From: Candidatus Marinacidobacterales bacterium
Lineage (GTDB): Bacteria; Acidobacteriota; Vicinamibacteria; Marinacidobacterales; DATDRI01
DNA: 24,000 nt
NCBI GenBank assembly: GCA_965219415.1
Contig: CBDCNP010000002.1
Span: forward strand, 5,537,557 to 5,561,556
Direction of reading: 5' to 3'
Below the pieces are notes generated by a model, which ran no database searches, was not told where the DNA came from, and was given only the letters and a program-made list of their open reading frames with translations. The position numbers and the translations under genes were made by a program. Positions 17,628-24,000 of this stretch are shown in pieces (positions within the stretch are counted from its first letter, which is position 1; every line of letters starts with the position of its first letter).

Positions 17628-18050
17628 GCAACATTTCCGATCGGCTCCAAGAGTCGTTGCGTGTTGTACCAATGCACCCACTTGAGGGTGGCGAACTCGA
17701 CGTCCTCAGGACCACGCCAGGGCCCGCGTCGACGGGTCACCTCTGTCTTGTAGAGGCCGATGATGGATTCAGCCAAAGCGTTATCGTAAGAGTCGCCTCG
17801 GCTGCCGACGGACGGCTCAATGCCCGCCTCGGCGAGCCGCTCGGTGTAACGGATCGAGACGTACTGCACGCCGCGATCGCTGTGATGCACCAACGAATGT
17901 TCTGGGTTTAGTCGGCGCTCGTGCAGCGCCTGCTCCAACGCATCGAGAGCGATGCCGGCAGTCAACGATGTTGTCGCTCGCCAACCGACGATGAGTCGAG
18001 CGAAGACGTCGAAGACGTCGAAGACGAAGGCGAGGAGGCGCGCCAGTCCG
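17628..18050 (-). pseudogene. IS3-A-like orfB fragment, truncated at both ends
   Basis: [127 protein letters not shown] | junction with terminus T1. Confidence 0.88.
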
Positions 18051-18065
18051 CATTCCAGGGATTGA

Positions 18066-18728
18066 CTATCCTGCTTGTGACGACAGCAGCCTCAGGGGAG
18101 CGGGATCGCATTTCACATCTCGCGTCGCGACGATCGGTCCTTGGCGACTCCATCCATTTAGTTCGATGACGATCGTGCGCCCACTCGGGTTGCTGGGACG
18201 GAGCTTCCTGGAAAGAAGGCCTCCGAAACGACCATCGTGCGTAGACACAAAGAGCTGCCTCCGATCCTTGGTGCGCCGGAGGAGATCGACCAATCCTAGC
18301 AAATGGATGTCATCGAAGCTCTGCAACGGATCATCCAGTATCGCGGCCGACAGTGGTAACTTCGGGACTCCGATGTTCAGCGTAAGAAAGACTGAGACTG
18401 CAAGAGCATTCATTTGCGAACTGGATAAGACAGCCGCAGGAAAGTCGCACTCTTTCTCCGCAAGCGGATCTTTTACGACAGTGTGCAGCTCCCCTTTGCC
18501 TCTAACAACTTGAGAGAGTAACGTGACGAAACCAAACGACGGGTGCGGGTCGATCCTCGCGTAGATGCTTTGGAGCAATGGGCCGATTTCGCCAAGCCGC
18601 TCCTTCACGACTGCTGACGCTGCCTCGCGCAATGCCTCGATGATATTCTGCGCGCGCTCTCCCGTCTGATCTCGAGCTGAGATAAACTTCTCGCAGTCGG
18701 CCTTCTCGCGCCTGAGCGTCTCCGCCTC
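18066..18728 (-). pseudogene. C-terminal part of an SMC/RecF-like AAA (ABC-type) ATPase
   Basis: Frame open from about 18728: LLIRIEAETLRREKADCEKFISARDQTGERAQNIIEALREAASAVVKERLGEIGPLLQSIYARIDPHPSFGF...LSSSQMNALAVSVFLTLNIGVPKLPLSAAILDDPLQSFDDIHLLGLVDLLRRTKDRRQLFVSTHDGRFGGLLSRKLRP. Walker B ILDDPLQSFD, H-loop STHD. No N-terminal Walker A in the window. Confidence 0.75.
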
Positions 18729-18849
18729 GATTCGGATTAGGAGTGTCTACGCTTGGTTGGCAATAGGAGCTATCGCAGAGCCAGTGCCGCGTCGGCTGGT
18801 CTCTGCAAATTTCGAGAACGCCTCCAGGATTCGAGCTTTCGGGCTCCGT

Positions 18850-18870
18850 TCGTGTTTTTGGACACGACGG
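18850..18870 (-). repeat. Fragment of terminus T2 (CCGTCGTGTCCAAAAACAC...)
   Basis: Reverse complement CCGTCGTGTCCAAAAACACGAAC, also seen at 10069-10093 and 19759-19781. Confidence 0.55.
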
Positions 18871-18936
18871 CGTCGAACTCGACGTACTATTTGCACCATA
18901 CGAGCTTTGCACCTCGGTCTAGCTCACCGGCGTACA

Positions 18937-18991
18937 CTTAAGCTGTTGATTTATGGTCCATTTCAAAAGCGCCGAGTTTTGGCACAGGACG
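18937..18991 (+). repeat. Copy of terminus T1
   Basis: CTTAAGCTGTTGATTTATGGTCCATTTCAAAAGCGCCGAGTTTTGGCACAGGACG. Confidence 0.75.
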
Positions 18992-19067
18992 CCATCATAG
19001 GCAGATCTCGCGCTCAACCAAGAGCGGTGCAACAACGCCGCTCCCTGGAAAGGATGCCGATGCTCGT

Positions 19068-19745
19068 TTGTCGGGCCCGTTTCGACCGGAATATTCCGGA
19101 CTCGCGACGATCTCGGAGCGGCCGTACTATAAAGGCAGGATGGCCGAGGAGCCGATGGAACGCGTCGCCCGGTTCTTGGACCGGGGACAATTCGGTGACG
19201 CGCTGCGGTCCGCGGAAGAAGCGGTCGGTAGGGTGCCGGAAAGCGCGCGGTCTCACTACGCGCTCGGCCTCGTCCTCACTCAGTTAGACCGTATTCCCGA
19301 AGCCGATCGCTCTTTTGCTCGCGCCGCTGAGCTCGACCCGGAGTACGTCCTTCCTTGTCGCCTGGAGCGTTCAGAGTTCGAGAGTGTGGTGGAAGGGGTC
19401 TTGGCGTCGTTGCCGACCGAGTTCGCAAGCTATCTGCAGAACGTGGAGGTCGCGGTGGAGGCGGTGCCGGGTCGAGACATTCTTCAAGAGGCAGACATCG
19501 AGCACGACCTCCTCGGCTTCTATCAAGGCGAGACGATTCAGAATAGTGAGTGGGGTCTTCCCGGCCGGATTGTCCTTTATCAGAGAAACTTGGAGAATAT
19601 CTCGTCCGATCGCGTGAGCCTGATCAGAGAAGTTCGGGACACCGTCTTGCACGAGGTGGGCCACCACCTCGGGATGGAGGAGGATCAGCTCGAGGAAATC
19701 GAAAAGGAGTTCGATGAACTGGATGATAAGGGATCGAGCTCTTAA
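19068..19745 (+). CDS. TPR-containing zincin-like metallopeptidase family protein
   Basis: TPR-like RSHYALGLVLTQLDRIPEADRSFARAAELDPEY, then FESVVEGVLASLPTEFASYLQNVEVAVEAVPG...DDLLGFYQGE-like LLGFYQGETIQ...RIVLYQRNLE...REVRDTVLHEVGHHLGMEEDQLEEIE. HExGH metal motif. Start may be internal (for example at GRMAEEPMERV). Confidence 0.85.
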   Translation: MSGPFRPEYSGLATISERPYYKGRMAEEPMERVARFLDRGQFGDALRSAEEAVGRVPESARSHYALGLVLTQLDRIPEADRSFARAAELDPEYVLPCRLERSEFESVVEGVLASLPTEFASYLQNVEVAVEAVPGRDILQEADIEHDLLGFYQGETIQNSEWGLPGRIVLYQRNLENISSDRVSLIREVRDTVLHEVGHHLGMEEDQLEEIEKEFDELDDKGSSS

Positions 19746-19757
19746 TCACTATTGACC

Positions 19758-19893
19758 TCCCGTCGTGTCCAAAAATACAAACGACAAACGAACTCAAGAC
19801 CCTTATGCCGCGTTGGCCCGGTCGCAAACACAGACACTAAGCTGCTGATTTATGGGCTATTTCAAAAGGGCTGAGTTCTGGCACACGACGGGG
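19758..19893 (+). repeat. About 135-bp MITE-like element joining T2 (left) to T1 (right), abutting the rtcB fragment
   Basis: Left CCCGTCGTGTCCAAAAATAC; right reverse complement CCCCGTCGTGTGCCAGAACTCAGCCC. The interior carries CGCAAACACAGACACTAAGCTGCTG as in the TIR of the 12583-14014 IS. Confidence 0.6.
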
Positions 19894-20175
19894 AACCATT
19901 TCATCGAAGTCTGCCTCGATGAATCCGACGATGTATGGTTCGTGCTGCACTCGGGCTCGCGTGGTGTGGGCAATCGCACCGGCATGCACTTCATTGAGCT
20001 GGCGCAGAAGGACATGGGCCGACACCTTCAAAACCTGCCCGACAAGGATCTCGCGTACTTCGAGGAAGGCAGCGAGCACTTCGACGACTATTGGTTCGCC
20101 GTCGATTGGGCCCAGCGCTACGCGGCGACGAATCGTCGACTGATGATGGAGGCGGTCGTCGAGGCGGTTCACGAT
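19890..20175 (+). pseudogene. rtcB: Central fragment of RNA-splicing ligase RtcB
   Basis: GNHFIEVCLDESDDVWFVLHSGSRGVGNRTGMHFIELAQKDMGRHLQNLPDKDLAYFEEGSEHFDDYWFAVDWAQRYAATNRRLMMEAVVEAV; RtcB motifs GNHFIE and HSGSRG. Confidence 0.9.
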
Positions 20176-20194
20176 ACCGGCCTGCATAGGCTCG

Positions 20195-20404
20195 TCCCTC
20201 ACAATCGGCTTCGCTGTAGGCGACTCGGCTGATACCGTCCTCGGCGGTCCGGCCGAAGCGTGACAGCTCGCTGAGCCGGCGGTTCACGCGATCGCCGTTG
20301 ATGTTGAGGCGAAGGCGTTCTCTGGGATGTTGGACCGGACGCGGAGAGACGGGAAGCGAAAGCGCGCAAGCTCCGAGACTCAGTAAGAACTCCCGACGCT
20401 CCAT
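20195..20404 (-). pseudogene. N-terminal fragment of a Zn-dependent M20-type amidohydrolase (allantoate/N-carbamoyl-amino-acid hydrolase-like)
   Basis: MERREFLLSLGACALSLPVSPRPVQHPRERLRLNINGDRVNRRLSELSRFGRTAEDGISRVAYSEAD. The NGDRLxxRLxxLxxFG..xxGGVSRVAYS-type N-terminus of that family. Confidence 0.6.
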
Positions 20405-20452
20405 AGGCAGGAGTGTAGCCGAAACTTGCGCGCTGTGGTCGCTGCGAGCTGT

Positions 20453-20660
20453 CCCCGTCCTGTGCCAAAACTCGGCCCTTTTGAAATAGATCGCAAATCA
20501 GCAGCTTAGACGCCCTTGGAATCCGCGCAGAATCCAGGGTATTTCGCGCCGTAGGGCTGGCTTCCGACCCTTGGGCTGCGGGTGGCGGGCGACAGGCCCA
20601 CCGGGGGTGCACACGGCTGGCTCAAATCGGCTGCGGGGCGAGCTGCAGGCAACGAACTGT
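20453..20660 (+). repeat. Inverted copy of 17429-17627
   Basis: CCCCGTCCTGTGCCAAAACTCGGCCCTTTTGAAATAGATCGCAAATCAGCAGCTTAGACGCCCTTGGAATCCGCGCAGAATCC...; see 17429-17627. Confidence 0.85.
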
Positions 20661-20848
20661 GCGCCCGGAAGGAATGCGTATCCGACCGCGATGCCGGATT
20701 CAAGCAGCCCTTGGAAAGGTGCAAACTGCTGACCCGCTGGGCGTTCGAGTATTTTGACCAGACGCCGGCGTCGGCTCTACTCAGGGGTAGTAGAGGTGTA
20801 ATCTGGTGCGAAGTCCGGCAGCCGTTCCGAGCAGATCGGACTCAAGCA

Positions 20849-21145
20849 GCGCGTCGAGTGTAATGATAATGGAGACCACCGACCTTTGGAATGGCACTCA
20901 CTTTGCCCATTGCTGGCGACTCTACGCGGCGAGGCTCGGGCGCGTCCTTCTCAAGCGACAAATGAGTCCGGCACGAATGATAGTAGTCGACGTATTTGCG
21001 TAGGATTCGCCTCAGGTGCTGCTCGTCGAGGACGATCACATGGTCAAGACACTCACGTCGAATGGAGCCGATCATCCTTTCGACTAATGGATTCTGTCAC
21101 GGGGAGCGCGGTGCGGTAAGGACTGCTCGTCGTGCCGAAGCGTCG
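20849..21145 (-). pseudogene. C-terminal fragment of an integrase-core transposase
   Basis: [93 protein letters not shown]; in-frame TGA where the family has TGG. Confidence 0.8.
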
Positions 21146-21171
21146 GGAAGGACGGCTTGCTGTCGGAGGAA

Positions 21172-21625
21172 CTAGCCCTTCACGCAGACGGTCTGCTTGA
21201 GCCGGTGGACGATCCCTTACGAGGTCGCTCTGTGCCTCCATCACGGCGTCGATGTCCTTATAGGCTCCGGGAGTCTCGTCGAGAACCCTCACGTCCTTGC
21301 GGCACTCGACCCCGGCTGTCGCCGCGGCGTGATCGTCTAGAGTGAAGCGCTTCTTGGCTTCGTTGCGGGACATGACGCGCCCGGCACCGTGACTGCACGA
21401 CTCGAAGCTCTCACGGTTTCCTTTCCCCCGGACGATATAGGAGCGCGCCCCCATGCTTCCGGGAATGATGCCCAGGTCGCCCCGCCCAGCCCGCACCCTT
21501 CCGCGTGACGAAAACCTCCGACCCGTAGTGCTGCTCCTTCGCGACGTAGTTGTGGTGACAATTGACGACTTCTTTCTTGGGTCGAAACGCGGGCACGAAG
21601 GATCGCCCACGAGCTGCTCGTCAAG
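21172..21625 (-). pseudogene. rtcB: C-terminal fragment of RtcB, opposite orientation to 19890-20175, frameshifted
   Basis: FVPAFRPKKEVVNCHHNYVAKEQHYGSEVFVTRKGA | RAGRGDLGIIPGSMGARSYIVRGKGNRESFESCSHGAGRVMSRNEAKKRFTLDDHAAATAGVECRKDVRVLDETPGAYKDIDAVMEAQSDLV | IVHRLKQTVCVKG*. Confidence 0.9.
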
Positions 21626-21814
21626 CTTGGCGTCCGCGTCTCGCCGCGCACCGTTCGGAAGTACATACCCATTCGAGATGATGGCAGCCCGGACCGGCGC
21701 AATGCGTCGCATCGCTGGGCGACATTCGTGCGGAATCACGCAAAAGCGGTCGTCGCTGCGTATTTTTTTAACGTAGTCACCGTCAGCTTTCGCGTGCTTT
21801 AGGTCTTCGTCATC

Positions 21815-22075
21815 ATGGAAATCGGCACCCGCAAGATGCTTCACTTCAACGTGACGGCGCATCCGACCGCGGAGTGGACGCTGCAACAGTTCCGGGAGGC
21901 GATTGGGTGCGAGCACGACTATCGATTCGTCATCGTGGACCGCGATGACAAGTTCTCAGCAGACCTCCGCCGCTCCGTCCGGGGGAGGGTGTTCGGCCGT
22001 TGAGGACGCCGCGCAGAGCACCGCAGGCAAATGCCTATTGTGAGAGACTCATCGGCACCACACGCCGGGAGTGCT
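21815..22075 (+). pseudogene. Internal fragments of an integrase-core transposase
   Basis: MEIGTRKMLHFNVTAHPTAEWTLQQFREAIGCEHDYRFVIVDRDDKFSADLR and, further on in another frame, IVERLIGTTRRECLD. Confidence 0.75.
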
Positions 22076-22079
22076 TGGA

Positions 22080-22616
22080 TCAGGAAGCTCTGGCATGATC
22101 GTTCACCCAACGCCCGAGACTTCGCCAGCAGCAAAGCATGTCGTCGTAGCTGTAGTGCGCATTGCGACCACTGGGGTTCGGAAGAACGAACAACCGTGAG
22201 CCTCCCAGAATTTCGCCACGCGGTCCGCATTGGATGGTCTTCGGTACGCGACCGGCGGAGAGCTCAGGCCAGAACCCTCGAAAAACGGTGACACCGAGGA
22301 AGCCGATGGCCTTCGGACGGTAACGCATCACCTTCTCGGCGAGAAGCCTACGCCCTTTCTCGAACTCGACCCGGTCGAGTTCCGAGCTCCCACGCGACGC
22401 CCTCGCGACGATACTGGTCAAACCGATACCGAACTCGGGCAGACGCAAGTCATCCTCGTAGGTCATGAGCCGCGGGACCAGTCCGGACTCGTGCAGCAAC
22501 CTCCAGAACTTGTTTCCACGGCCGGCAAAGTGATGGCCAAGCTCATCGGATCGCTTCCCTGGATTGATCCCGACCAGCAGGACGTCGAGGCCGTGGGAAA
22601 GGTAGTCCGGTAACAC
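22080..22616 (-). CDS. mug: G/U mismatch-specific uracil-DNA glycosylase (Mug-like)
   Basis: 178 aa: LPDYLSHGLDVLLVGINPGKRSDELGHHFAGRGNKFWRLLHESGLVP...DDLRLPEFGIGLTSIVARASRGSSEL...FVLPNPSGRNAHYSYDDMLCCWRSL; GINPG and NPSGRNA motifs. Confidence 0.92.
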   Translation of the reverse strand: MLPDYLSHGLDVLLVGINPGKRSDELGHHFAGRGNKFWRLLHESGLVPRLMTYEDDLRLPEFGIGLTSIVARASRGSSELDRVEFEKGRRLLAEKVMRYRPKAIGFLGVTVFRGFWPELSAGRVPKTIQCGPRGEILGGSRLFVLPNPSGRNAHYSYDDMLCCWRSLGRWVNDHARAS

Positions 22617-22640
22617 TCGGAAAGCATAGCGCAGGGCGGT

Positions 22641-22795
22641 GTGCTCCGTAAAAAGTCGTTCCAGCGTTGATTGCGCGGTTTAGAGCTGCCATGCTCGGCT
22701 GCTTCGTGCTGGTCGACCGGACGACGCCACCGGCGTCTTAGGGACGTGGAGAGGCTCGCGCTTGCGACTGTTTTCGAATATCCGGCCTATTCTCC
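22641..22795 (+). repeat. R2 family, long-form copy
   Basis: GTGCTCCGTAAAAAGTCGTTCCAGCGTTGATTGCGCGGTTTAGAGCTGCCATGCTCGGCTGCTTCGTGCTGGTCGACC...GCCACCGGCGTCTTAGGGACGTGGAGAGGCTCGC...; pairs with 5278-5436 (opposite strand). Confidence 0.7.
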
Positions 22796-22837
22796 TGGAC
22801 GCCGTCGCGTTCGCTTGAAACGTATGCTGCTCGCGCA

Positions 22838-22918
22838 GCTGTGCTCCGCAAAAAATCGATCCGGCGTTGATTGCGCGTTCTAGACCTGCTATGTTCGGCT
22901 GCTTCTAGCTAATCTTCT
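22838..22918 (+). repeat. R2 family, short-form copy truncated by R1
   Basis: CTGTGCTCCGCAAAAAATCGATCCGGCGTTGATTGCGCGTTCTAGACCTGCTATGTTCGGCTGCTTCTAGCTAATCTTCT then R1 begins at GGTGCTTCC. Nearly identical to 10111-10186. Confidence 0.8.
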
Positions 22919-23084
22919 GGTGCTTCCGTCATTAAGTGTTGGTGAGATGACGCTAAGACTTTACGGTGTATTAAATTACAGCCAAAATAGCGCTCGTGAC
23001 CTTTGCTTCGCGCTAAATGGAGCGTAAGTGCCTTTTTTGCAAAGGGATGCGTACACATCACCAACAGTAAACAGCGCAAGCACC
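22919..23084 (+). repeat. 166-bp MITE-like repeat R1, copy 2
   Basis: Same length and termini as 3855-4020 in the opposite orientation. Confidence 0.78.
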
Positions 23085-23087
23085 TGA

Positions 23088-23133
23088 TCATCTGCATGGT
23101 GACGACCCGCCCGCCCAAGACGATTGTAAAGCC
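23088..23133 (-). repeat. Inner-terminus remnant of the 12583-14014 type IS
   Basis: Reverse complement GGGCTTTACAATCGTCTTGGGCGGGCGGGTCGTCACCATGCAGATGA is identical to 12670-12715. Cut by the IS3 end at 23137. Confidence 0.8.
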
Positions 23134-23136
23134 CAC

Positions 23137-24000
23137 TGAAGTGACCCCGCTTTCGTGGACAGGTTAAGAGTTAGGGATCAAGCGTCGCGATAGTACCTCC
23201 TTTCGAATTGGATAGGCGAGCAATAGTCGATGGCGGAGTGTCGTCGTCGCGGGTTGTACCAGCCTTCGATGAAATCGAAGGTCGCCATGCGCGCCTCAGC
23301 GTGGTAGCGAAACGACCGGCGCTCGATCAGCTCGCACTCGAGCGTCGCGAAGAAGCTCTCGCACATCGCATTGTCGTAACAGTCCCCGACCGAACCCATC
23401 GACGGTCGCACCCCGGCCTCCCGGCATCGCTGGCCGAACGCTAGTGACGTGTACTGCGTGCCCTGGTCCGAGTGATGGATGACGTCGCCGGGCTTGCGTT
23501 GGAACAGCGCCATGTCGAGGGCGCTCAAGACGAGCGACGTCCGCAGGTGGGTAGCCATTGCCCATCCGACGATGCGTCGGCTGAAGGCGTCCAGCACGAC
23601 GGCGAGGAACAAGAAGCCCGACCACGTGGGCACGTAGGTGATATCGGCGACCCACAGGCGGTCGGGCCGGTCCACCTCGAAATTCCTGTCGACGAGATCG
23701 GGGGCGGGACGGGCGTCGTCACAGCGAATCGTAGTGTGCGCCCTCTTGCGCCGGTGAACACCTTGAATGCCAGCCTCGCGCATCAGCCGCGCTACACGCT
23801 TGCGTGAAGACGTGGAGCTCGTGTGTCTCTCGTAGCTCGTGGAGGATCCTCGGCGCGCCGTACGTGCTCCGCGACGCGGTGTGAATCGCCCGGATCTTCT
23901 CAAGCAACTCCGCATCCGACACCGCGCGGGCCGACGGGGCACGCTCAAGCCACGCATAGTAGCCGCTGGCGGAGACGTCCAGCAGTCGGCACATCGTGGC
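23137..24000 (-). mobile_element. IS3-family insertion sequence (IS3-C), truncated by right window edge
   Basis: Left terminus TGAAGTGACCCCGCTTTCGTGGACAGG at 23137, followed on the minus strand by orfB. Confidence 0.85.
23178..23994 (-). pseudogene. IS3-family orfB with one frameshift near 23800
   Basis: MCRLLDVSASGYYAWLERAPSARAVSDAELLEKIRAIHTASRSTYGAPRILHELRETHELHV | SRKRVARLMREAGIQGVHRRKRAHTT...RPDRLWVADITYVPTWSGFLFLAVVLDAFSRRIVGWAM...DVIHHSDQGTQYTSLAF...SVGDCYDNAMCESFFATLECELIERRSFRYHAEARMATFDFIEGWYNPRRRHSAIDYCSPIQFERRYY. Confidence 0.85.

Noticed and set aside
18757-19287. 176-aa plus-strand ORF
   Set aside because: Runs through T2/T1 repeat copies and overlaps the better-supported metallopeptidase in another frame; no family signal.
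22640-22920. R2 repeats considered as integron attC sites
   Set aside because: No convincing paired RYYYAAC/GTTRRRY core sites, no integron integrase in the window, and one copy has transposon-like inverted ends.

Overview
The window is a dense mobile-element graveyard: nested and truncated insertion sequences around a few cargo genes. From left to right: (1) an IS3-family element (call it IS3-B), minus strand, running off the left edge. (2) A second IS3-family element (IS3-A), cut at its left by IS3-B and split internally by an ISL3-family element at 1429-2812 with an exact 8-bp TSD (TGAAAATT). (3) A truncated integrase-core (rve) transposase at 4041-5012. (4) A DUF4268-type gene and a HigBA toxin-antitoxin pair. 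(5) An IS5-like transposase split by a complete IS256-family element at 7928-9327 with an exact 9-bp TSD (ATCGCGGGC). (6) A tiny type I-E-like CRISPR remnant at 9939-10068, bounded by the IS5-like end on one side and a short repeat fragment plus a 98-bp MITE-like element on the other. (7) A long intact glycosyltransferase-like gene at 10590-12575. (8) A 1.43-kb integrase-core IS with unusually long (~104 bp) terminal inverted repeats. (9) Another complete IS3-family element (14102-15360). (10) A degraded serine recombinase plus DUF2924 cassette. (11) The C-terminus of an SMC/RecF-like ATPase. (12) A TPR/zincin-like metallopeptidase gene. (13) rtcB in two opposite-facing pieces. (14) An intact mug-like gene. 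(15) A final IS3-family element running off the right edge. At least four dispersed short repeat families tie the region together. No complete novel defence or mobile system is visible. The most notable signals are the orphan CRISPR scrap inside nested ISs, the MITE-like families, the shared terminus on apparently unrelated elements, and the split and inverted rtcB. One entry in the supplied ORF track (9262..9642 '+') actually decodes on the minus strand. Domain names come from motif recognition by eye, not database searches.
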